This document shows, piece by piece, positions 28,411-37,666 of a DNA stretch of 46,979 bases (positions within the stretch are counted from its first letter, which is position 1; each line of letters opens with the position of its first letter). The DNA lies in NCBI GenBank assembly GCA_964383485.1, contig CAYLHM010000001.1:1-46979 (forward strand). Reading direction: 5' to 3'. A program made the position numbers and the translations under genes. Under the pieces are notes generated by a model. The model was not told where the DNA came from and searched no databases. It saw nothing but the letters and a program-made list of their open reading frames with translations. This DNA comes from an uncultured Oscillospiraceae bacterium. Lineage in GTDB: Bacteria > Bacillota > Clostridia > Oscillospirales > Oscillospiraceae.

Positions 28411-28894
28411 GATCAGCATTACCTTCGACTGCCTGACCTGGCGGCAGCCGCTTATTTCGGCGATTATCAAACGCTGTATCCAGGAAACCCTTCTGGCCGA
28501 GGGCATTGCAGTCCCGGTGGAGATCAATGTGCTGGTCACCAACGACCGGGGGATCCGTGCCATCAACCTGGCCAGCCGGCAAATCGATCGGCCCACCGAT
28601 GTGCTGAGCTTTCCCATGTTCCAGCTGGAGGCAGGCAATCCGCCGATGGATTGGGACACTTATCTGGACCCGGAGACCGGGCTGTGCCCCCTGGGGGATA
28701 TGTGCATCTGCCTGGAGCGGGCCGTTGCCCAGGCCAAGGAGTTCGGCCACAGTGTCCGGCGGGAGGTGGGGTATCTCACCATTCACTCCATGCTCCACCT
28801 TTTGGGCTATGACCATCTGGACGAGGGGCCGATGAAAGCTCAGATGCGTGCCCGGGAGGAAGCGATCGCCGCCGCTGCGGGCATCGGAAATTAA
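28400..28894 (+). CDS. ybeY: rRNA maturation endoribonuclease YbeY
   Basis: PTDVLSFP, LGD, HSMLHLLGYDH. Confidence 0.97.
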   Translation: MENKISITFDCLTWRQPLISAIIKRCIQETLLAEGIAVPVEINVLVTNDRGIRAINLASRQIDRPTDVLSFPMFQLEAGNPPMDWDTYLDPETGLCPLGDMCICLERAVAQAKEFGHSVRREVGYLTIHSMLHLLGYDHLDEGPMKAQMRAREEAIAAAAGIGN

Positions 28895-28914
28895 GAAATG
28901 ACAGGAGATTGCAT

Positions 28915-29802
28915 ATGAATACCAAAACAGCTATGATCACCATTGCCGGGCGGCCCAATGTGGGCAAGTCCACCTTAACCAACTACCTGGTGGGGGAAAA
29001 GATCGCCATCGTTTCCAGCAAGCCCCAGACCACCCGCAACCGCATCTGCGGTGTCACCACCCGTGGGGATACCCAGTTTGTGTTCGTAGATACGCCGGGC
29101 TTTCACAAGCCCCGCACCAAACTGGGGGACTATATGGTGAATGTCACCAGATCGTCCATCGCCGATGTAGACCTCACCGTTTTGATGGTGGAGCCAATTC
29201 CCTCCGTGGGCAGTCAGGAGGAGGCGCTGATCCGCCAGATCACCGAGAAAAAATGCCCCTGCGTGCTGGTGATCAACAAGATCGACACTGTGGAAAAACC
29301 CGCCCTGCTGGAGGTCATTGCCGCCTATTCCCAGGCGGCGGAATTTGCGGCCATTATCCCCATTTCCGCCAAGACCGGCGACGGGGTGGAGGAGCTTTTG
29401 GCCGAGTGCGAAAAATATGCCGTGGAGGGGCCGTTCCTGTTCCCGGCAGATGCCACCACCGATCAGCCGGAGCGCCAGGTGATGGCCGAGATCATTCGAG
29501 AAAAGCTCCTGTGGTGCCTGGACAAGGAAATTCCCCACGGAACCGCTGTGGAGATCACCAAATTTTCCGAGCGGGACAACGGCATCATCGACCTGGATGC
29601 GGTGATCTACTGTGAAAAGGCAAGCCACAAGGGGATCATCATCGGCAAAGGCGGCCAAATGCTGAAAAAAATATCCACCATGGCCCGGAACGACTGCGAA
29701 AAATTCATGGGCACCAAGGTTTATCTGACCACCTGGGTGCGGGTGAAGGAGAACTGGCGGGAGAGCGATTTCCTGGTCAAAAACTTCGGCTACAAGGAAT
29801 AA
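28915..29802 (+). CDS. era: GTPase Era
   Basis: GRPNVGKST, KPQTTR, DTPG, NKID; KH domain IIIGKGG. Confidence 0.98.
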   Translation: MNTKTAMITIAGRPNVGKSTLTNYLVGEKIAIVSSKPQTTRNRICGVTTRGDTQFVFVDTPGFHKPRTKLGDYMVNVTRSSIADVDLTVLMVEPIPSVGSQEEALIRQITEKKCPCVLVINKIDTVEKPALLEVIAAYSQAAEFAAIIPISAKTGDGVEELLAECEKYAVEGPFLFPADATTDQPERQVMAEIIREKLLWCLDKEIPHGTAVEITKFSERDNGIIDLDAVIYCEKASHKGIIIGKGGQMLKKISTMARNDCEKFMGTKVYLTTWVRVKENWRESDFLVKNFGYKE

Positions 29803-29868
29803 TTTCCATGACTGACTTTCGCCGTCCCTGCAAATCCTATGGTATCGGATAAAGAGGGAGGATTTTGC

Positions 29869-30012
29869 ATGGACAAGGGCGTTTTATGGGAGCTGTTTTT
29901 GGAAACCGGTGCGCCGGAGGCCTATCTGCTCTATGCCAAAGCGCAGAAAACGGAGGAAACCAATGTACCTGACAACACGGGCGCTGGTGCTGCGGGTCAC
30001 GGACTACAATGA
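29869..30012 (+). CDS. yqzL: YqzL family small protein (47 aa; absent from the ORF track)
   Basis: RBS ggagg; MDKGVLWELFLETGAPEAYLLY...; conserved position between era and recO. Confidence 0.8.
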   Translation: MDKGVLWELFLETGAPEAYLLYAKAQKTEETNVPDNTGAGAAGHGLQ

Positions 30013-30676
30013 CCGGGATGCACTGCTGACCCTGCTCACCCCTGCCAACGGGAAGATCACAGCCAAGGCCCGAGGCCTGCGGCGGAAGAATAGTCCCCTC
30101 ATTGCCTCCTGCCAGCTTTTGGCGTATGGGGCCTATACATTGTTTGAATACCGGGACAGCTACACGGTGAACGAGGCAAGCTCTGTGGATCTGTTTCCCA
30201 ATCTGCGCCGGGAGCTGACCAAGCTGGCCCTGGGGAGCTATTTTGCCCAGGTGGCCGAGCTGATCGCTCAGGAGGATTTGCCAAACCCGGAGCTGCTGTC
30301 CCTGCTGCTGAACTGCCTGCATATGCTCTCCGCCACGGACACGCCGGAGCGGAAAATCAAAGCGGTTTTTGAGCTTCGGGCGGCCTGTTTGGCGGGCTAT
30401 ATGCCGGATTTGGAGGGGAGCGGGGAGTTTATCGACCTTTCCAGCGGCCATTTGGTTCATGCCGGCGGCGGTGCCGAGGGTATTCGGATGCCCCTGCCTG
30501 CCGGGGCACGGGCCGCCATGGGCTATATCTGCACCTGTAACTCCAAAAAGCTCTTTTCCTTTGACCTGGGGCCTGAAAGCATGGAAAAGCTGGCCCAGAT
30601 TACGGAAAGCTATCTCACCACACAACTGGAACGGGGATTTTCTACTTTGGATTTCTACAAGTCCCTGTATATTTAG
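29963..30676 (+). CDS. recO: DNA repair protein RecO
   Basis: ALVLRVTDYNDRDALLTLLT..GKITAKARG; FELR...GYMP; RBS ggagg. Confidence 0.93.
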   Translation: MYLTTRALVLRVTDYNDRDALLTLLTPANGKITAKARGLRRKNSPLIASCQLLAYGAYTLFEYRDSYTVNEASSVDLFPNLRRELTKLALGSYFAQVAELIAQEDLPNPELLSLLLNCLHMLSATDTPERKIKAVFELRAACLAGYMPDLEGSGEFIDLSSGHLVHAGGGAEGIRMPLPAGARAAMGYICTCNSKKLFSFDLGPESMEKLAQITESYLTTQLERGFSTLDFYKSLYI

Positions 30677-30685
30677 GAGTACATC

Positions 30686-33061
30686 ATGTCTGAATTATAC
30701 GAAAAATCATTACGCAAGCTGGAACTGGATCAGGTGCTGGACCAGCTTTCTCAGTGCGCCGGAAGCGAGCTGGGCAAGCAAGCCTGCACCGAACTGCGCC
30801 CGGTGTCCGATCTGGAGGAGGTACAGGCCCTGCTGGACCAGACCACGGCGGCGAGCGAGCTGTGCAGCCGTAAGGGCAATCCCGCCTTTGCAGATGTCAC
30901 CGATGTATCCGCTTCCCTGGAGCGGGCGGATCGGGGCGGCACCTTGCAGCCGGTGGAGCTTCTGCGGATTGCCGGTGTCCTGCGCTGTGCCCGGAATATC
31001 CAGGGCTATCTGGCCGAGGACGAGAAAGAAACCGTCCTGGATCCGCTGTTCCACGCCCTGGTTGCCAACAAGCACCTGGAGGATCGGATTTTCGGGGCAA
31101 TTTTGTCGGAGGAGGAGATTGCCGATGCTGCCAGCCCGGCCCTGTCGGATATCCGCCGGCATATGCGTATTCAGGCCGGCAAGGTGCGGGACGGCCTGCA
31201 AAAGATCATTTCCTCTCCGGCCTATTCCAAATTCCTGCGGGAGCCGATCATCACCATTCGCCAGGGCCGTTATGTGGTACCGGTGAAAAGCGAGCATCGG
31301 GCAGATGTGCCCGGACTGGTCCACGATGTTTCCGCAACCGGCTCCACCTATTTTGTGGAGCCAATGTCTGCGGTGAACGCCAACAATGCCCTGCGGGAGC
31401 TGGAAATCAAGGAGAAAAAGGAGATCGAGCGCATTTTGGCGGAGTTGTCCGCCGATGCGGCGGCCTACCGGGAGAATATCGTTCTAGATGTGCAAATGCT
31501 CACTCGGCTGGATGTGATCTTTGCAAAGGCCAAGCTGGCCTACCGCATGAAGGCCTGGGCGCCGCTGATGAATGACCAGGGCCGCCTGACCCTGCGCAAT
31601 GCCCGGCACCCCCTGATCGATCCCAAAACCGTGGTGCCCATTTCCCTGCATCTGGGCACGGATTTTGACACCATGATTATCACCGGCCCCAACACCGGCG
31701 GCAAGACGGTGACCTTGAAAACCATCGGTCTGCTGACATTGATGGCGGAATGCGGCCTGCATATTCCCGCAGGGGACGGAAGCTGCCTGTCCACCTTTGA
31801 TGCCATTCTGGCGGATATCGGCGATGAGCAGTCCATTGCCCAAAGCCTTTCCACCTTCTCCAGCCATATGCGCACCATTGTGGATGTGGTTTCCCAGTGC
31901 GACGGGCGCACTCTGGTGCTGTTTGATGAGCTGGGCGCCGGTACCGACCCGGCAGAGGGTGCGGCCTTGGCGGTGGCCCTCATCGAATTTTGCCGGAAAA
32001 TGGGCAGCAGAGTAGTGGCAACCACCCACTATGCCGAGCTGAAGCTCTATGCCATGCGGGAAAAGGGGGTTATCAACGCTTCCTGCGAATTTGATGTGGA
32101 GACCTTGCAGCCCACCTACAAGCTGCTCATCGGCATTCCGGGCAAATCCAATGCCTTTGCCATCTCCCGGAAGCTGGGCCTGCCGGAGGAAATCCTCAAG
32201 GAAGCCCATGACCTGGTGGGCAAAAGCGACCAGGACTTTGAAGATGTGCTTTCCCAGCTGGAGGCACAGCGGCAGAAAATGGAGGCCGCCCGCAGGGAAG
32301 CGGAGCAGCTCCGCCAGGAGACCCAGAAAATCAAGCAGCAGAGTGAGCAGTACAGCGCTCAGCTTCAAAAGGAAAAGGACAAGGCTATGGAAGCCGCCCG
32401 GCGAGAGGCCCAGCAAATCATCGACGATGCCCGCCGCACCGCCAATGCCGCCGGCGAGGAGCTCAAGCAGCTGCGCAAGCAGCTCACCGAAAGCGGCGAC
32501 ACCGCCAACATCAATCTGCGGCAGACGGAGCTTCGCAAGAGCCTGAACCAGGCGGAGGAGCGTATTCACGCCGGCCAGCAGGAGAAGCAGCGCCCGGCCC
32601 CGTCCAGAGGGGTGCTGGTGGGGGACACGGTGGAGCTGCTGAAGCTGGGCACCAGGGCCAGCGTCATTGCCATCAACAAGGACGGCAGCTACCAGCTACA
32701 GGCCGGTGTGCTGAAGCTCACGGCCAAGCCTGACGAGGTGTATCTGCTGGAAAACGAGAACCCCTACAAGGAAAAGGGCCACCCCGTTCACTCCGGCCGG
32801 GAGATGAACATGAACGCCACTGCTTCGGAGGTAGATCTGCGGGGCATGGATACGGTGGAGGCGGTGTGCGTGCTCCAGCGGTACATGGACGAGGCCATGC
32901 GCTCCAATATGTCCAGCGTGCGCATTATCCACGGCAAGGGTACCGGGGCGCTGCGCGCGGCGGTGCAGCAGGAGCTGCGCCGATGCAAATTTGTGAAGTC
33001 CTTCCGCCTGGGCGTGTACGGCGAGGGCGAGGACGGTGTGACGATTGCCGAGCTTCGCTAG
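30686..33061 (+). CDS. mutS2: Endonuclease MutS2
   Basis: ITGPNTGGKT, DIGDEQSI, DELGAGTDP, TTHY; C-terminal Smr domain (DLRG, IIHGKGTG). Confidence 0.97.
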   Translation: MSELYEKSLRKLELDQVLDQLSQCAGSELGKQACTELRPVSDLEEVQALLDQTTAASELCSRKGNPAFADVTDVSASLERADRGGTLQPVELLRIAGVLRCARNIQGYLAEDEKETVLDPLFHALVANKHLEDRIFGAILSEEEIADAASPALSDIRRHMRIQAGKVRDGLQKIISSPAYSKFLREPIITIRQGRYVVPVKSEHRADVPGLVHDVSATGSTYFVEPMSAVNANNALRELEIKEKKEIERILAELSADAAAYRENIVLDVQMLTRLDVIFAKAKLAYRMKAWAPLMNDQGRLTLRNARHPLIDPKTVVPISLHLGTDFDTMIITGPNTGGKTVTLKTIGLLTLMAECGLHIPAGDGSCLSTFDAILADIGDEQSIAQSLSTFSSHMRTIVDVVSQCDGRTLVLFDELGAGTDPAEGAALAVALIEFCRKMGSRVVATTHYAELKLYAMREKGVINASCEFDVETLQPTYKLLIGIPGKSNAFAISRKLGLPEEILKEAHDLVGKSDQDFEDVLSQLEAQRQKMEAARREAEQLRQETQKIKQQSEQYSAQLQKEKDKAMEAARREAQQIIDDARRTANAAGEELKQLRKQLTESGDTANINLRQTELRKSLNQAEERIHAGQQEKQRPAPSRGVLVGDTVELLKLGTRASVIAINKDGSYQLQAGVLKLTAKPDEVYLLENENPYKEKGHPVHSGREMNMNATASEVDLRGMDTVEAVCVLQRYMDEAMRSNMSSVRIIHGKGTGALRAAVQQELRRCKFVKSFRLGVYGEGEDGVTIAELR

Positions 33062-33293
33062 CAGCTTGTGGAAACTAAAATTTTACCAACAACGAACTCG
33101 CAGGGAACGGGCAAGCCCGCTGCTACGGCGGCGGACATTTCGTATGAACGACCTGCCAGGTCCGTTTTTTGCGGAAAAGTGTATTTTGGCGTATTTTTGA
33201 CACAAAAATACATCTTTTCCTGCCAAAAATAGGCCGGTTTGTTGTGCATACCTCCAAATTCGGCCTGCATTTTCAAATTTTCATAAAAATTGT

Positions 33294-33322
33294 TTGACTT
33301 TCCGACGATTTTTGAGTATCAT
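33294..33322 (+). promoter_or_regulatory. Sigma-A-type promoter of the HPr gene
   Basis: TTGACT -17- TATCAT. Confidence 0.6.
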
Positions 33323-33327
33323 ATATA

Positions 33328-33395
33328 GGGAACCTCTGAATAAACGCCTGCGGTTTTTTCCGCCGTCAGCTTTTGCCGGTTTATTCAGAGCGCCC
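33328..33395 (+). mobile_element. MITE-like palindromic element
   Basis: gggaacctctgaataaac...gtttattcagagcgccc, flanked by ATA on both sides. Confidence 0.75.
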
Positions 33396-33442
33396 ATAGA
33401 GTAAACAGTTCATATTCCTATTTTGAAAAGGGAGTGTTGTTT

Positions 33443-33703
33443 TTGTACAGTAAAGAGGTTGTTGTAAAGTGTGAGTCCGGCCTGCACAACAGGCAAGCGA
33501 CATACTTTGTTCAAAAGGCCAATGAATTTGAAAGCAGCATTTGGCTGGAATGCGGTAATCGCAAAATGAATGCCAAGAGCCTGCTGGGCATTATGTCGCT
33601 GAGCGTGGTCACTGGTGCAACGGTCACCATCTACGCTACCGGCTCCGATGCTGAGGCGGCTGTAAACGCTCTGGAGCTGCTGCTCCAGCGGGATGTGTAC
33701 TGA
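33443..33703 (+). CDS. ptsH: HPr family phosphocarrier protein
   Basis: GLHNRQA (His15) and MNAKSLLGIMSL (Ser46); start taken as TTG at 33443 after gggag. Confidence 0.88.
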   Translation: MYSKEVVVKCESGLHNRQATYFVQKANEFESSIWLECGNRKMNAKSLLGIMSLSVVTGATVTIYATGSDAEAAVNALELLLQRDVY

Positions 33704-33710
33704 TTGCAAA

Positions 33711-33938
33711 GGCCACCTCTAAGGAAACGCTGAATAAATCGCCTGCGGCGGACTTTCCCGTGCGCGCTTGCCGATTTCATCAGAGCTTCCCTAAAAACCA
33801 GATGCGGCTTATGTGGAGGATTTTGCCCATCCATGCAGTGTTCAAAATGAAAAAATATTCGGGACCCTTTCATTTTGAGCGCTTTTGGCCGGAACAAAAT
33901 CCCTCGCCGCCAGCTCGCACCTGCGTTTTAGAGGTTCC
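33711..33938. mobile_element. Nested MITEs: a 68-bp element (33723-33790) inserted in the left end of a larger palindromic element
   Basis: Inner element flanked by CTAA direct repeats; removing it restores ggccacctctaaaa...ttttagaggttcc terminal inverted repeats. Confidence 0.75.
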
Positions 33939-34001
33939 CTAAAGTCGCTGCGCTGACCGCCTCGATGCTTTGTGCATTGAGGCGTTTTTTATGGTGATGC
34001 T

Positions 34002-35822
34002 ATGACCTTTGAAGAACTCAAAAACAAGGCGCTGAGCCTGCCCTATGAGCCGGGCGTGTATATAATGCGGGACAAGGCCGACAAGGTGATCTATGTGGGC
34101 AAGGCGAAGAAGCTGAAAAACCGGGTGAGCCAGTATTTTCAGGACACCGCCTCCCACACCCCCAAGACCCGCATGATGGTGAGCAAGATCGACCATTTTG
34201 ATGTGATCGTCGCCGCTTCGGAATTTGAAGCGCTGATTTTGGAATGCTCTCAGATCAAGCGCTTTATGCCCAAATACAATATCCTGCTGAAAGACGGCAA
34301 GGGCTATCCCTACCTGCGGCTGGATATGAAAGAGGAATACCCCAAAATTACCGTGGTCGGTAAGATCGCCGATGACGGGGCAAGCTATTATGGGCCTTAC
34401 GGCAGCCGTGGTGTGACCCACAAGGTGGTGGATGCCATTGTCCAGACCCTGAAGCTGCCCGCCTGCTCCAAGCAGTTCCCCAGGGACATTGGCAAGGACC
34501 GGCCCTGCCTGAACTACCACATGAACCAGTGCGCCGGCTGGTGCCAGGAAAACCGCAGCGCCGAGGAATACCGCCAGCGGATGCTGGAGGCAAAGCAGAT
34601 TTTATCCGGCAACTATAAATCCGTGGCCGAGGACATTCGCCGGCAGATGCTGGAGCATTCCGAGCGCCTGGAATTTGAGCAGGCGGCTGTTCTGCGGGAC
34701 CGGCTGAACGCAGTGGAGTCCCTGGGACAGAAGCAGCTGGTCACGGCTCTGACCATGGCCGATACCGATGTGATCGGCTTTGCCCAGACGGAGACCAAGG
34801 CCTGCTTTGCGGTGCTGCATTTCGCCGGCGGCAATCTGCTGGACAAGGATTATGAAATTTTAAGCGTGCAGGAGGATCCGGCGGAGGCCGTTTCCAGCCT
34901 GATGAAGCAATTTTACCTCAGCCGGGGCCTGGCGCCCAAGCGGGTGCTGCTGCCCTTTGCAATCGAGGACAGCGAGCTGTTTGCCCAGCTTCTGGAGCAG
35001 GAATTTGGCCGCAAGCCGAAGCTCCATGTGCCCCAGCGGGGGGACAATCTGCACCTGGTGGAGCTGGCCTGCAAGAATGCCCGCGAGGAAGCGGAGCGTG
35101 TCACCGGCAAGGAGGAGCGTGTCAGCGCAACACTGGCTCTTTTGGGGAAAATGCTGGCTATGGATCCGCCGAAGCGCATGGAATCCTTTGATATTTCCAA
35201 CATTTCCGGCACGGATATTGTGGCCAGCATGGTGGTTTTCCAGGACGGAAAGCCCAAAAAGAGCGATTATAAGCGTTTCAAGCTGGAGGGCCTGTCCGAT
35301 CAGGACGATTATGCCTCCATGCACCAGGTGTTAAAGCGCCGCTTCACCCATTTCCAGGCGGGAGATCCGGGCTTTGCGGAAGCGCCGGATCTGCTGCTCA
35401 TCGACGGCGGCGTGAACCATGCCAAGGTGGCGGTGGCCGCCCTGGAGGAGCTGCATTTGCATTTCCCGGTATTCGGCATGGTCAAGGACGATCGGCACCG
35501 CACCAGGGCCTTGGTGACGCCGGAGGGCCGGGAAATCGGCATCGACAGCAATCAAGCGGTTTTTGCCCTCATCGGCAACATTCAGGAAGAAACCCACCGC
35601 TTTGCCATTACCTATCACCGACAGCTGCGCAGCAAGCGGCTGAAATATTCCCGGCTGGACGGGATCCCCGGCATCGGCCCCAAGCGCAAGCAGGAGCTTT
35701 TGAAGAAGTTCAAATCCATTTCTGCCATCAGCCGGGCCAGCCTGTCGGAGCTGGAGCAGCTGCTGCCCAGAGATGCCGCCGCTGCGGTGTACCGCCACTT
35801 CCGGCCGGAGCAAGAGGAATAG
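34002..35822 (+). CDS. uvrC: Excinuclease ABC subunit C
   Basis: PGVY...IYVGKAKKLKNRVSQYF (GIY-YIG), FDISN, LIDGG, HRFAITYHR, HhH. Confidence 0.98.
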   Translation: MTFEELKNKALSLPYEPGVYIMRDKADKVIYVGKAKKLKNRVSQYFQDTASHTPKTRMMVSKIDHFDVIVAASEFEALILECSQIKRFMPKYNILLKDGKGYPYLRLDMKEEYPKITVVGKIADDGASYYGPYGSRGVTHKVVDAIVQTLKLPACSKQFPRDIGKDRPCLNYHMNQCAGWCQENRSAEEYRQRMLEAKQILSGNYKSVAEDIRRQMLEHSERLEFEQAAVLRDRLNAVESLGQKQLVTALTMADTDVIGFAQTETKACFAVLHFAGGNLLDKDYEILSVQEDPAEAVSSLMKQFYLSRGLAPKRVLLPFAIEDSELFAQLLEQEFGRKPKLHVPQRGDNLHLVELACKNAREEAERVTGKEERVSATLALLGKMLAMDPPKRMESFDISNISGTDIVASMVVFQDGKPKKSDYKRFKLEGLSDQDDYASMHQVLKRRFTHFQAGDPGFAEAPDLLLIDGGVNHAKVAVAALEELHLHFPVFGMVKDDRHRTRALVTPEGREIGIDSNQAVFALIGNIQEETHRFAITYHRQLRSKRLKYSRLDGIPGIGPKRKQELLKKFKSISAISRASLSELEQLLPRDAAAAVYRHFRPEQEE

Positions 35823-35824
35823 AG

Positions 35825-36013
35825 ATGCTGAAAGCCGCAACCGAAGAAGATCTTCAAGCCTATTTGCCCCAGGCTCTGCTGACTTGGGCGCTGAACCAGT
35901 GCAAGGGCGCCGGGCAGCAGCATATCGTCTTTTTCGTGGAGGAAGGCGAGGATATATCCGTCCCCAGGGCTTTACCTGTGTGGGGGAGTACCTGCTGTTT
36001 ACAAAAGAAATAA
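35825..36013 (+). pseudogene. Probable internally deleted and frameshifted gene remnant
   Basis: Short ORF MLKAATEEDLQAY...; a second frame carries GFTCVGEYLLFTKEI, which looks like a GNAT-type C-terminus. Confidence 0.4.
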
Positions 36014-36026
36014 GGAGAGATGCGCA

Positions 36027-36581
36027 TTGCGTGTAATTGCAGGAAGCAAGCGGGGCATCCGGCTCCAGACCCCCGACGGAATGCTCACCCGTCCCACCGC
36101 CGAGCGGGTGAAGGAGGCCCTGTTCAGCATGATCAACTTTGACCTGCCGGGGGCCAGGGTACTGGATCTGTTCGGCGGCACCGGGCAGCTGGGCATTGAA
36201 GCCCTGAGCAGGGGAGCGGCATCGGCGGTTTTCGTGGATCACCGTGCGGAGGCCTGCGAAATAATCCGGGAGAATTTGAAGCGCACCGGTTTAACAGCCC
36301 AGGCCGGAATTGTCCGTGCGGATTATATGCACTACCTGGAAAACTGCCGGGAAACCTTTGATATCGTGCTTTTAGACCCGCCGTATGCAGAAATTTTTTT
36401 GGAAAATGCTCTGAAAAAGCTGATTGAAATTGACATTTTGCAATCTGGTGGTATAATAATAGCGGAGTATCCTGTTTTGAAGTCCCTGGAATTTGAATTT
36501 CCGGGCTATCAGCGGAGCAAGGAACATAAATATGGGAAGACGATGCTTGCGCTCTACCGCAAGATTGCGTCAGGAGATTAG
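36027..36581 (+). CDS. rsmD: 16S rRNA m2G966 methyltransferase
   Basis: RVIAG, TRPT..RVKEALF, LDLFGGTGQLGIEALSRGA, DPPY. Confidence 0.97.
   Translation: MRVIAGSKRGIRLQTPDGMLTRPTAERVKEALFSMINFDLPGARVLDLFGGTGQLGIEALSRGAASAVFVDHRAEACEIIRENLKRTGLTAQAGIVRADYMHYLENCRETFDIVLLDPPYAEIFLENALKKLIEIDILQSGGIIIAEYPVLKSLEFEFPGYQRSKEHKYGKTMLALYRKIASGD
36430..36457 (+). promoter_or_regulatory. Internal sigma-A-type promoter inside rsmD, probably driving coaD
   Basis: TTGACA ... TGgTATAAT (extended -10). Confidence 0.6.
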
Positions 36582-36583
36582 CC

Positions 36584-37084
36584 ATGAAAATTGCAATCTA
36601 CCCCGGCAGCTTTGACCCCATCACCAGCGGCCATCTGAACATTATCCGCCGGGCCGCCAACATCTTCGACCGGCTCATCGTCTGTGTCATGATCAACTCC
36701 GGGAAAAGCCCCATGTTCACCCTGGACGAGCGTGTGGAGCTGATCCGCCGAGTCACCAGCGACCTTCCAAATGTAGAGGTGGACCAGTCCAGCCAGCTTT
36801 TGGCGGACTTCGCCCGGAGCAAGGGAAGCTGTGTCATCGTCAAGGGCCTGCGGGCCGGGTCGGACTTTGAGAACGAATTTCAAATGGCCATGATCAACAA
36901 GAAGATCAACCCAGACCTGGACACCATGTTCCTGACTGCGGAGCATCAATATATGTACATGAGCTCCAGCATCGTCAAGGAGCTGGGCAGCTATCATGTA
37001 CCGCTTTCGGATTTTCTGCCAGCAGAAATTATTCCGGATTTTGTTCAACGAATAGAGAATATCCATCAAGGAGGAAAAAGATAA
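36584..37084 (+). CDS. coaD: Phosphopantetheine adenylyltransferase
   Basis: YPGSFDPITSGH, KGLR..DFENE, SSSIVKE. Confidence 0.98.
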   Translation: MKIAIYPGSFDPITSGHLNIIRRAANIFDRLIVCVMINSGKSPMFTLDERVELIRRVTSDLPNVEVDQSSQLLADFARSKGSCVIVKGLRAGSDFENEFQMAMINKKINPDLDTMFLTAEHQYMYMSSSIVKELGSYHVPLSDFLPAEIIPDFVQRIENIHQGGKR

Positions 37085-37593
37085 TGAATGAGAAACACAT
37101 CGAAGAAATGATCGGCACCTTGTACGACATGATCCAGGACGCCAGAGCCTTGCCCCTGGGTGCTGACAAGTGCATTCTGGAGCGTGATAAGGTTTTGGAT
37201 ATGCTTGACGAGATCATCGCTCAGCTCCCCGCTGAGATCAAGCAGTCCCGCACTATCGTGGAGTCCAGAAACGAGCTGATCGGCCAGGCCCGCCGGGAGT
37301 CCGAGGTCATTATTCAGCAGGCCCAGAAGCGGGCCAAGGAGTTGGTTGCCCAGGAGGCGATCTATCAGGAAGCCAAGCGCCAGTGCCAGGAGATGGTCAG
37401 CAAGACCCAGGCCCGCATCAGCGAGCTGCGCAAGGCCAGCAACGAATATATGGACGATGCACTCCGCCGTACCGAGGAGGCCATTGCCCAGTCCCTGACC
37501 GAGGTGAAAGACACCCGTGCAAAATTCCGTGCGCTGACCGAAGCACAGGCCAACCGCACTGCGGAGCCTGAGGGGAACGCTCCCGAGGCTTAA
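37084..37593 (+). CDS. Conserved coiled-coil protein of the type usually found after coaD in Clostridia
   Basis: ARALPL...LPAEIKQSRTIVESR...; coiled-coil composition; synteny. Confidence 0.8.
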   Translation: MNEKHIEEMIGTLYDMIQDARALPLGADKCILERDKVLDMLDEIIAQLPAEIKQSRTIVESRNELIGQARRESEVIIQQAQKRAKELVAQEAIYQEAKRQCQEMVSKTQARISELRKASNEYMDDALRRTEEAIAQSLTEVKDTRAKFRALTEAQANRTAEPEGNAPEA

Positions 37594-37666
37594 TTCCCAG
37601 TCAAAACAGCTCCAAACCCGATTTGGACTGTTCAAATAAAATATTTTAGTATGGAGGCGGAACATC

